Positions 1 to 11,436 of a stretch of DNA of 64,000 nt are shown here, in pieces; within the stretch, counting starts at the first letter, position 1; every line of letters begins with the position of its first letter. The notes beneath the pieces were generated by a model. That model did not search any database, was not told where the DNA came from, and saw only the letters and a program-made list of their open reading frames with translations. Both the position numbers and the translations under genes were made by a program. Source of the DNA: Auanema rhodensis (lineage: Eukaryota > Animalia > Nematoda); NCBI GenBank assembly GCA_964057225.1, contig CAXKVF010000078.1:434001-498000 (forward strand), written 5' to 3'.

Positions 1-176
1 AGTTACATACCAAGTGCACATCACGTGTACATTTAATTAGCATAAATTAAAGTTCACGTAAATTTCAAAGTCATGGTTACCATGCACCAATATCAATAAA
101 AATTTGTTTTTAGACTAATATGGACATGGGGAATCTAATTTTGAAAACCGCATCTCTTCATCTTTCACGTGAAGCG
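1..176 (+). repeat. Reference monomer (176 bp)
   Basis: First full unit, agttacatac...tttcacgtgaagcg; the next unit starts at 177. Main polymorphic sites: 85 C/A, 87 C/G, 94 C/T, 103-111 T-tract, 131 G/A, 132 A/G, 143 G/A, 156 C/G, 159 T/C. Confidence 0.98.
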
Positions 177-235
177 AGTTACATACCAAGTGCACATCAC
201 GTGTACATTTAATTAGCATAAATTAAAGATCACGT
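164..235. other. Cluster of three TCACGT motifs per monomer (two full CACGTG E-box/G-box hexamers); example across the monomer 1/2 junction
   Basis: TTCACGTGAA at 164-173, ATCACGTG at 196-203 (monomer positions 20-27), TCACGTA at 230-236 (monomer positions 54-60). The motifs are seen directly; function is untested. Confidence 0.6.
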
Positions 236-3200
236 AAATTTCAAAGTCATGGTTACCATGCACCAATATCAATAAAAATTTGTTTTTAGACTAATATGGA
301 CATGGGGAATCTAATTTTGAAAACCGCATCTCTTCATCTTTCACGTGAAGCGAGTTACATACCAAGTGCACATCACGTGTACATTTAATTAGCATAAATT
401 AAAGTTCACGTAAATTTCAAAGTCATGGTTACCATGCACCAATATCAATAAAAATTTGTTTTTAGACTAATATGGACATGGGGAATCTAATTTTGAAAAC
501 CGCATCTCTTTATCTTTCACGTGAAGCGAGTTACATACCAAGTGCACATCACGTGTACATTTAATTAGCATAAATTAAAGTTCACGTAAATTTCAAAGTC
601 ATGGTTACCATGCACCAATGTCAATAAAAATTTGTTTTTAGACTAATATGGACATGGGGAATCTAATTTTGAAAACCGCATCTCTTTATTTTTCACGTGA
701 AGCGAGTTACATACCAAGTGCACATCACGTGTACATTTAATTAGCATAAATTAAAGTTCACGTAAATTTCAAAGTCATGGTTACCATGCACCAATATCAA
801 TAAAAATTTGTTTTTAGACTAATATGGACATGGGGAATCTAATTTTGAAAACCGCATCTCTTTATCTTTCACGTGAAGCGAGTTACATACCAAGTGCACA
901 TCACGTGTACATTTAATTAGCATAAATTAAAGTTCACGTAAATTTCAAAGTCATGGTTACCATGAACCAATATCAATAAAAATTTGTTTTTAGACTAATA
1001 TGGACATGGGGAATCTAATTTTGAAAACCGCATCTCTTTATCTTTCACGTGAAGCGAGTTACATACCAAGTGCCCATCACGTGTACATTTAATTAGCATA
1101 AATTAAAGTTCACGTAAATTTCAAAGTCATGGTTACCATGCACCAATATCAATAAAAATTTGTTTTTAGACTAATATGGACATGGGGAATCTAATTTTGA
1201 AAACCGCATCTCTTTATCTTTCACGTGAAGCGAGTTACATACCAAGTGCACATCACGTGTACATTTAATTAGCATAAATTAAAGTTCACGTAAATTTCAA
1301 AGTCATGGTTACCATGCACCAATATCAATAAAAATTTGTTTTTAGACTAATATGGACATGGGGAATCTAATTTTGAAAACCGCATCTCTTTATCTTTCAC
1401 GTGAAGCGAGTTACATACCAAGTGCACATCACGTGTACATTTAATTAGCATAAATTAAAGTTCACGTAAATTTCAAAGTCATGGTTACCATGCACCAATG
1501 TCAATAAAAATTTGTTTTTAGACTAATATGGACATGGGGAATCTAATTTTGAAAACCGCATCTCTTTATTTTTCACGTGAAGCGAGTTACATACCAAGTG
1601 CACATCACGTGTACATTTAATTAGCATAAATTAAAGTTCACGTAAATTTCAAAGTCATGGTTACCATGCACCAATGTCAATAAAAATTTGTTTTTAGACT
1701 AATATGGACATGGGGAATCTAATTTTGAAAACCGCATCTCTTTATTTTTCACGTGAAGCGAGTTACATACCAAGTGCACATCACGTGTACATTTAATTAG
1801 CATAAATTAAAGTTCACGTAAATTTCAAAGTCATGGTTACCATGCACCAATATCAATAAAAATTTGTTTTTAGACTAATATGGACATGGGGAATCTAATT
1901 TTGAAAACCGCATCTCTTTCTCTTTCACGTGAAGCGAGTTACATACCAAGTGCACATCACGTGTACATTTAATTAGCATAAATTAAAGTTCACGTAAATT
2001 TCAAAGTCATGGTTACCATGAACCAATATCAATAAAAATTTGTTTTTAGACTAATATGGACATGGGGAATCTAATTTTGAAAACCGCATCTATTTATCTT
2101 TCACGTGAAGCGAGTTACATACCAAGTGCACATCACGTGTACATTTAATTAGCATAAATTAAAGTTCACGTAAATTTCAAAGTCATGGTTACCATGCACC
2201 AATATCAATAAAAATTTGTTTTTAGACTAATATGGACATGGGGAATCTAATTTTGAAAACCGCATCTCTTCATCTTTCACGTGAAGCGAGTTACATACCA
2301 AGTGCACATCACGTGTACATTTAATTAGCATAAATTAAAGTTCACGTAAATTTCAAAGTCATGGTTACCATGCACCAATATCAATAAAAATTTGTTTTTA
2401 GACTAATATGGACATGGGGAATCTAATTTTGAAAACCGCATCTCTTTATCTTTCACGTGAAGCGAGTTACATACCAAGTGCACATCACGTGTACATTTAA
2501 TTAGCATAAATTAAAGTTCACGTAAATTTCAAAGTCATGGTTACCATGCACCAATATCAATAAAAATTTGTTTTTAGACTAATATGGACATGGGGAATCT
2601 AATTTTGAAAACCGCATCTCTTCATCTTTCACGTGAAGCGAGTTACATACCAAGTGCACATCACGTGTACATTTAATTAGCATAAATTAAAGTTCACGTA
2701 AATTTCAAAGTCATGGTTACCATGAACCAATATCAATAAAAATTTGTTTTTAGACTAATATGGACATGGGGAATCTAATTTTGAAAACCGCATCTATTTA
2801 TCTTTCACGTGAAGCGAGTTACATACCAAGTGCACATCACGTGTACATTTAATTAGCATAAATTAAAGTTCACGTAAATTTCAAAGTCATGGTTACCATG
2901 CACCAATATCAATAAAAATTTGTTTTTAGACTAATATGGACATGGGGAATCTAATTTTGAAAACCGCATCTCTTCATCTTTCACGTGAAGCGAGTTTCAT
3001 ACCAAGTGCACATCACGTGTACATTTAATTAGCATAAATTAAAGTTCACGTAAATTTCAAAGTCATGGTTACCATGCACCAATATCAATAAAAATTTGTT
3101 TTTAGACTAATATGGACATGGGGAATCTAATTTTGAAAACCGCATCTCTTCATCTTTCACGTGAAGCGAGTTACATACCAAGTGCACATCACGTGTACAT

Positions 3201-3344
3201 TTAATTAGCATAAATTAAAGTTCACGTAAATTTCAAAGTCATGGTTACCATGCACCAATATCAATAAAAATTTGTTTTTAGACTAATATGGACATGGGGA
3301 ATCTAATTTTGAAAACCGCATCTCTTTATCTTTCACGTGAAGCG

Positions 3345-3516
3345 AGTTACATACCAAGTGCACATCACGTGTACATTTAATTAGCATAAATTAAAGTTCA
3401 CGTAAATTTCAAAGTCATGGTTACCATGCACCAATATCAATAAAAATTTGTTTTTAGATATGGACATGGGGAATCTAATTTTGAAAACCGCATCTCCTTA
3501 TCTTTCACGTGAAGCG
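3345..3516 (+). repeat. 172-bp monomer with 4-bp deletion
   Basis: tttttagatatgg at about 3451-3463 versus consensus tttttagactaatatgg; the next monomer starts at 3517. Confidence 0.93.
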
Positions 3517-5100
3517 AGTTACATACCAAGTGCACATCACGTGTACATTTAATTAGCATAAATTAAAGTTCACGTAAATTTCAAAGTCATGGTTACCATG
3601 CACCAATATCAATAAAAATTTGTTTTTAGACTAATATGGACATGGGGAATCTAATTTTGAAAACCGCATCTCTTCATCTTTCACGTGAAGCGAGTTACAT
3701 ACCAAGTGCACATCACGTGTACATTTAATTAGCATAAATTAAAGATCACGTAAATTTCAAAGTCATGGTTACCATGCACCAATATCAATAAAAATTTGTT
3801 TTTAGACTAATATGGACATGGGGAATCTAATTTTGAAAACCGCATCTCTTCATCTTTCACGTGAAGCGAGTTACATACCAAGTGCACATCACGTGTACAT
3901 TTAATTAGCATAAATTAAAGTTCACGTAAATTTCAAAGTCATGGTTACCATGCACCAATATCAATAAAAATTTGTTTTTAGACTAATATGGACATGGGGA
4001 ATCTAATTTTGAAAACCGCATCTCTTTATCTTTCACGTGAAGCGAGTTACATACCAAGTGCACATCACGTGTACATTTAATTAGCATAAATTAAAGTTCA
4101 CGTAAATTTCAAAGTCATGGTTACCATGCACCAATGTCAATAAAAATTTGTTTTTAGACTAATATGGACATGGGGAATCTAATTTTGAAAACCGCATCTC
4201 TTTATTTTTCACGTGAAGCGAGTTACATACCAAGTGCACATCACGTGTACATTTAATTAGCATAAATTAAAGTTCACGTAAATTTCAAAGTCATGGTTAC
4301 CATGCACCAATATCAATAAAAATTTGTTTTTAGACTAATATGGACATGGGGAATCTAATTTTGAAAACCGCATCTCTTTATCTTTCACGTGAAGCGAGTT
4401 ACATACCAAGTGCACATCACGTGTACATTTAATTAGCATAAATTAAAGTTCACGTAAATTTCAAAGTCATGGTTACCATGAACCAATATCAATAAAAATT
4501 TGTTTTTAGACTAATATGGACATGGGGAATCTAATTTTGAAAACCGCATCTCTTTATCTTTCACGTGAAGCGAGTTACATACCAAGTGCCCATCACGTGT
4601 ACATTTAATTAGCATAAATTAAAGTTCACGTAAATTTCAAAGTCATGGTTACCATGCACCAATATCAATAAAAATTTGTTTTTAGACTAATATGGACATG
4701 GGGAATCTAATTTTGAAAACCGCATCTCTTTATCTTTCACGTGAAGCGAGTTACATACCAAGTGCACATCACGTGTACATTTAATTAGCATAAATTAAAG
4801 TTCACGTAAATTTCAAAGTCATGGTTACCATGCACCAATATCAATAAAAATTTGTTTTTAGACTAATATGGACATGGGGAATCTAATTTTGAAAACCGCA
4901 TCTCTTTATCTTTCACGTGAAGCGAGTTACATACCAAGTGCACATCACGTGTACATTTAATTAGCATAAATTAAAGTTCACGTAAATTTCAAAGTCATGG
5001 TTACCATGCACCAATGTCAATAAAAATTTGTTTTTAGACTAATATGGACATGGGGAATCTAATTTTGAAAACCGCATCTCTTTATTTTTCACGTGAAGCG
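3517..5100 (+). repeat. 9-monomer block duplicating 1-1584 (offset 3516 bp, 20 monomers)
   Basis: Same ordered variants in both copies: aaagAtcacg (229/3745), aatGtc with tatTtttc, 85A, tgcCca, and again aatGtc with tatTtttc. Confidence 0.88.
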
Positions 5101-8092
5101 AGTTACATACCAAGTGCACATCACGTGTACATTTAATTAGCATAAATTAAAGTTCACGTAAATTTCAAAGTCATGGTTACCATGCACCAATATCAATAAA
5201 AATTTGTTTTTAGACTAATATGGACATGGGGAATCTAATTTTGAAAACCGCATCTCTTTATCTTTCACGTGAAGCGAGTTACATACCAAGTGCACATCAC
5301 GTGTACATTTAATTAGCATAAATTAAAGTTCACGTAAATTTCAAAGTCATGGTTACCATGAACCAATACCAATAAAAATTTGTTTTTAGACTAATATGGA
5401 CATGGGGAATCTAATTTTGAAAACCGCATCTCGTTATCTTTCACGTGAAGCGAGTTACATACCAAGTGCACATCACGTGTACATTTAATTAGCATAAATT
5501 AAAGTTCACGTAAATTTCAAAGTCATGGTTACCATGCACCAATATCAATAAAAATTTGTTTTTAGACTAATATGGACATGGGGAATCTAATTTTGAAAAC
5601 CGCATCTCTTTATCTTTCACGTGAAGCGAGTTACATACCAAGTGCACATCACGTGTACATTTAATTAGCATAAATTAAAGTTCACGTAAATTTCAAAGTC
5701 ATGGTTACCATGCACCAATATCAATAAAAATTTGTTTTTAGATTAATATGGACATGGGGAATCTAATTTTGAAAACCGCATCTCTTTATCTTTCACGTGA
5801 AGCGAGTTACATACCAAGTGCACATCACGTGTACATTTAATTAGCATAAATTAAAGTTCACGTAAATTTCAAAGTCATGGTTACCATGAACCAATATCAA
5901 TAAAAATTTGTTTTTAGACTAATATGGACATGGGGAATCTAATTTTGAAAACCGCATCTCTTTATCTTTCACGTGAAGCGAGTTACATACCAAGTGCCCA
6001 TCACGTGTACATTTAATTAGCATAAATTAAAGTTCACGTAAATTTCAAAGTCATGGTTACCATGCACCAATATCAATAAAAATTTGTTTTTAGACTAATA
6101 TGGACATGGGGAATCTAATTTTGAAAACCGCATCTCTTTATCTTTCACGTGAAGCGAGTTACATACCAAGTGCACATCACGTGTACATTTAATTAGCATA
6201 AATTAAAGTTCACGTAAATTTCAAAGTCATGGTTACCATGCACCAATATCAATAAAAATTTGTTTTTAGACTGATATGGACATGGGGAATCTAATTTTGA
6301 AAACCGCATCTCTTCATCTTTCACGTGAAGCGAGTTACATACCAAGTGCACATCACGTGTACATTTAATTAGCATAAATTAAAGTTCACGTAAATTTGAA
6401 AGTCATGGTTACCATGCACCAATATCAATAAAAATTTGTTTTTAGACTAATATGGACATGGGGAATCTAATTTTGAAAACCGCATCTCTTTATCTTTCAC
6501 GTGAAGCGAGTTACATACCAAGTGCACATCACGTGTACATTTAATTAGCATAAATTAAAGTTCACGTAAATTTCAAAGTCATGGTTACCATGCACCAATG
6601 TCAATAAAAATTTGTTTTTAGACTAATATGGACATGGGGAATCTAATTTTGCAAACCGCATCTCTTCATCTTTCACGTGAAGCGAGTTACATACCAAGTG
6701 CACATCACGTGTACATTTAATTAGCATAAATTAAAGTTCACGTAAATTTCAAAGTCATGGTTACCATGCACCAATATCAATAAAAATTTGTTTTTAGACT
6801 AATATGGACATGGGGAATCTAATTTTGAAAACCGCATCTCTTTATCTTTCACGTGAAGCGAGTTACATACCAAGTGCACATCACGTGTACATTTAATTAG
6901 CATAAATTAAAGTTCACGTAAATTTCAAAGTCATGGTTACCATGAACCAATATCAATAAAAATTTGTTTTTAGACTAATATGGACATGGGGAATCTAATT
7001 TTGAAAACCGCATCTCTTTATCTTTCACGTGAAGCGAGTTACATACCAAGTGCACATCACGTGTACATTTAATTAGCATAAATTAAAGTTCACGTAAATT
7101 TCAAAGTCATGGTTACCATGCACCAATATCAATAAAAATTTGTTTTTAGACTAATATGGACATGGGGAATCTAATTTTGAAAACCGCATCTCTTCATCTT
7201 TCACGTGAAGCGAGTTACATACCAAGTGCACATCACGTGTACATTTAATTAGCATAAATTAAAGTTCACGTAAATTTCAAAGTCATGGTTACCATGCACC
7301 AATATCAATAAAAATTTGTTTTTAGACTAATATGGACATGGGGAATCTAATTTTGAAAACCGCATCTCTTCATCTTTCACGTGAAGCGAGTTACATACCA
7401 AGTGCACATCACGTGTACATTTAATTAGCATAAATTAAAGTTCACGTAAATTTCAAAGTCATGGTTACCATGCACCAATATCGATAAAAATTTGTTTTTA
7501 GACTAATATGGACATGGGGAATCTAATTTTGAAAACCGCATCTATTTATCTTTCACGTGAAGCGAGTTACATACCAAGTGCACATCACGTGTACATTTAA
7601 TTAGCATAAATTAAAGTTCACGTAAATTTCAAAGTCATGGTTACCATGCACCAATATCAATAAAAATTTGTTTTTAGACTAATATGGACATGGGGAATCT
7701 AATTTTGAAAACCGCATCTCTTCATCTTTCACGTGAAGCGAGTTACATACCAAGTGCACATCACGTGTACATTTAATTAGCATAAATTAAAGTTCACGTA
7801 AATTTCAAAGTCATGGTTACCATGCACCAATATCAATAAAAATTTGTTTTTAGACTAATATGGACATGGGGAATCTAATTTTGAAAACCGCATCTCTTCA
7901 TCTTTCACGTGAAGCGAGTTACATACCAAGTGCACATCACGTGTACATTTAATTAGCATAAATTAAAGTTCACGTAAATTTCAAAGTCATGGTTACCATG
8001 CACCAATATCAATAAAAATTTGTTTGTAGACTAATATGGACATGGGGAATCTAATTTTGAAAACCGCATCTCCTTATCTTTCACGTGAAGCG

Positions 8093-11000
8093 AGTTACAT
8101 ACCAAGTGCACATCACGTGTACATTTAATTAGCATAAATTAAAGTTCACGTAAATTTCAAAGTCATGGTTACCATGCACCAATATCAATAAAAATTTGTT
8201 TTTAGACTAATATGGACATGGGGAATCTAATTTTGAAAACCGCATCTCTTCATCTTTTACGTGAAGCGAGTTACATACCAAGTGCACATCACGTGTACAT
8301 TTAATTAGCATAAATTAAAGTTCACGTAAAATTCAAAGTCATGGTTACCATGCACCAATATCAATAAAAATTTGTTTTTAGACTAATATGGAGATGGGGA
8401 ATCTAATTTTGAAAACCGCATCTCTTTATCTTTCACGTGAAGCGAGTTACATACCAAGTGCACATCACGTGTACATTTAATTAGCATAAATTAAAGTTCA
8501 CGTAAATTTCAAAGTCATGGTTACCATGCACCAATGTCAATAAAAATTTGTTTTTAGACTAATATGGACATGGGGAATCTAATTTTGCAAACCGCATCTC
8601 TTCATCTTTCACGTGAAGCGAGTTACATACCAAGTGCACATCACGTGTACATTTAATTAGCATAAATTAAAGTTCACGTAAATTTCAAAGTTATGGTTAC
8701 CATGCACCAATATCAATAAAAATTTGTTTTTAGACTAATATGGACATGGGGAATCTAATTTTGAAAACCGCATCTCTTTATCTTTCACATGAAGCGAGTT
8801 ACATACCAAGTGCACATCACGTGTACATTTAATTAGCATAAATTAAAGTTCACGTAAATTTCAAAGTCATGGTTACCATGAACCAATATTAATAAAAATT
8901 TGTTTTTAGACTAATATGGACATGGGGAATCTAATTTTGAAAACCGCATCTCTTCATCTTTCACGTGAAGCGAGTTACATACCAAGTGCACATCACGTGT
9001 ACATTTAATTAGCATAAATTAAAGTTCACGTAAATTTCAAAGTCATGGTTACCATGCACCAATATCAATAAAAATTTGTTTTTAGACTAATATGGACATG
9101 GGGAATCTAATTTTGAAAACCGCATCTCTTTATCTTTCACGTGAAGCGAGTTACATACTAAGTGCACATCACGTGTACATTTAATTAGCATAAATTAAAG
9201 TTCACGTAAATTTCAAAGTCATGGTTACCATGCGCCAATATCAATAAAAATTTGTTTTTAGACTAATATGGACATGGGGAATCTAATTTTGAAAACCGCA
9301 TCTCTTCATCTTTTACGTGAAGCGAGTTACATACCAAGTGCACATCACGTGTACATTTAATTAGCATAAATTAAAGTTCACGTAAATTTCAAAGTCATGG
9401 TTACCATGCACCAATATCAATAAAAATTTGTTTTTAGACTAATATGGAGATGGGGAATCTAATTTTGAAAACCGCATCTCTTTATCTTTCACGTGAAGCG
9501 AGTTACATACCAAGTGCACATCACGTGTACATTTAATTAGCATAAATTAAAGTTCACGTAAATTTCAAAGTCATGGTTACCATGCACCAATGTCAATAAA
9601 AATTTGTTTTTAGACTAATATGGACATGGGGAATCTAATTTTGCAAACCGCATCTCTTCATCTTTCACGTGAAGCGAGTTACATACCAAGTGCACATCAC
9701 GTGTACATTTAATTAGCATAAATTAAAGTTCACGTAAATTTCAAAGTTATGGTTACCATGCACCAATATCAATAAAAATTTGTTTTTAGACTAATATGGA
9801 CATGGGGAATCTAATTTTGAAAACCGCATCTCTTTATCTTTCACATGAAGCGAGTTACATACCAAGTGCACATCACGTGTACATTTAATTAGCATAAATT
9901 AAAGTTCACGTAAATTTCAAAGTCATGGTTACCATGAACCAATATTAATAAAAATTTGTTTTTAGACTAATATGGACATGGGGAATCTAATTTTGAAAAC
10001 CGCATCTCTTCATCTTTCACGTGAAGCGAGTTACATACCAAGTGCACATCACGTGTACATTTAATTAGCATAAATTAAAGTTCACGTAAATTTCAAAGTC
10101 ATGGTTACCATGCACCAATATCAATAAAAATTTGTTTTTAGACTAATATGGACATGGGGAATCTAATTTTGAAAACCGCATCTCTTTATCTTTCACGTGA
10201 AGCGAGTTACATACCAAGTGCACATCACGTGTACATTTAATTAGCATAAATTAAAGTTCACGTAAATTTCAAAGTCATGGTTACCATGCACCAATATCAA
10301 TAAAAATTTGTTTTTAGACTAATATGGACATGGGGAATCTAATTTTGAAAACCGCATCTCTTCATCTTTTACGTGAAGCGAGTTACATACCAAGTGCACA
10401 TCACGTGTACATTTAATTAGCATAAATTAAAGTTCACGTAAATTTCAAAGTCATGGTTACCATGCACCAATATCAATAAAAATTTGTTTTTAGACTAATA
10501 TGGAGATGGGGAATCTAATTTTGAAAACCGCATCTCTTTATCTTTCACGTGAAGCGAGTTACATACCAAGTGCACATCACGTGTACATTTAATTAGCATA
10601 AATTAAAGTTCACGTAAATTTCAAAGTCATGGTTACCATGCACCAATGTCAATAAAAATTTGTTTTTAGACTAATATGGACATGGGGAATCTAATTTTGC
10701 AAACCGCATCTCTTCATCTTTCACGTGAAGCGAGTTACATACCAAGTGCACATCACGTGTACATTTAATTAGCATAAATTAAAGTTCACGTAAATTTCAA
10801 AGTTATGGTTACCATGCACCAATATCAATAAAAATTTGTTTTTAGACTAATATGGACATGGGGAATCTAATTTTGAAAACCGCATCTCTTTATCTTTCAC
10901 ATGAAGCGAGTTACATACCAAGTGCACATCACGTGTACATTTAATTAGCATAAATTAAAGTTCACGTAAATTTCAAAGTCATGGTTACCATGAACCAATA

Positions 11001-11260
11001 TTAATAAAAATTTGTTTTTAGACTAATATGGACATGGGGAATCTAATTTTGAAAACCGCATCTCTTCATCTTTCACGTGAAGCGAGTTACATACCAAGTG
11101 CACATCACGTGTACATTTAATTAGCATAAATTAAAGTTCACGTAAATTTCAAAGTCATGGTTACCATGCACCAATATCAATAAAAATTTGTTTTTAGACT
11201 AATATGGACATGGGGAATCTAATTTTGAAAACCGCATCTCTTTATCTTTCACGTGAAGCG
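8093..11260 (+). repeat. 6-monomer higher-order repeat (1056 bp) x3
   Basis: Ordered variants ctttTacg / ggaGatg / aatGtc+gCaaacc / agtTatgg+cacAtg / 85A+aatatT / consensus repeat from 8093, 9149 and 10205. Confidence 0.92.
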
Positions 11261-11436
11261 AGTTACATACCAAGTGCACATCACGTGTACATTTAATTAG
11301 CATAAATTAAAGTTCACGTAAATTTCAAAGTCATGGTTACCATGCACCAATGTCAATAAAAATTTGTTTTTAGACTAATATAGACATGGGGAATCTAATT
11401 TTGCAAACCGCATCTCTTCATCTTTCACGTGAAGCG

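Noticed and set aside
95-100. AATAAA polyadenylation signal in each monomer
   Set aside because: Expected by chance in 67% AT sequence, and there is no transcription unit to attach it to.
1-176. CENP-B box
   Set aside because: The core NTTCGNNNNANNCGGGN needs TTCG and CGGG, and neither occurs on either strand of the consensus.
20-176. Budding-yeast point centromere (CDEI-CDEII-CDEIII)
   Set aside because: ATCACGTG matches CDEI, but the following DNA is far below the >90% AT of CDEII, there is no CCGAA CDEIII core, and point centromeres are not tandemly arrayed.
1-176. Tandem 5S rRNA, tRNA, snRNA or spliced-leader gene array
   Set aside because: I recognise no such RNA sequence, cloverleaf or Pol III A/B/C boxes. 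A covariance-model (Rfam) search would be the formal test.
1-176. Assignment to a named 176-bp family (Brassica CentBr, honeybee AluI repeat, Chironomus telomeric repeat)
   Set aside because: Shared length alone is not evidence. The consensus lacks HindIII and AluI sites, and I cannot verify sequence similarity without a search.
6193-6375. 60-aa ORF on the minus strand
   Set aside because: It exists only because a private A>G at 6273 turns the minus-strand TAG present in the consensus monomer into CAG. It lies wholly in satellite sequence and has no recognisable domain.
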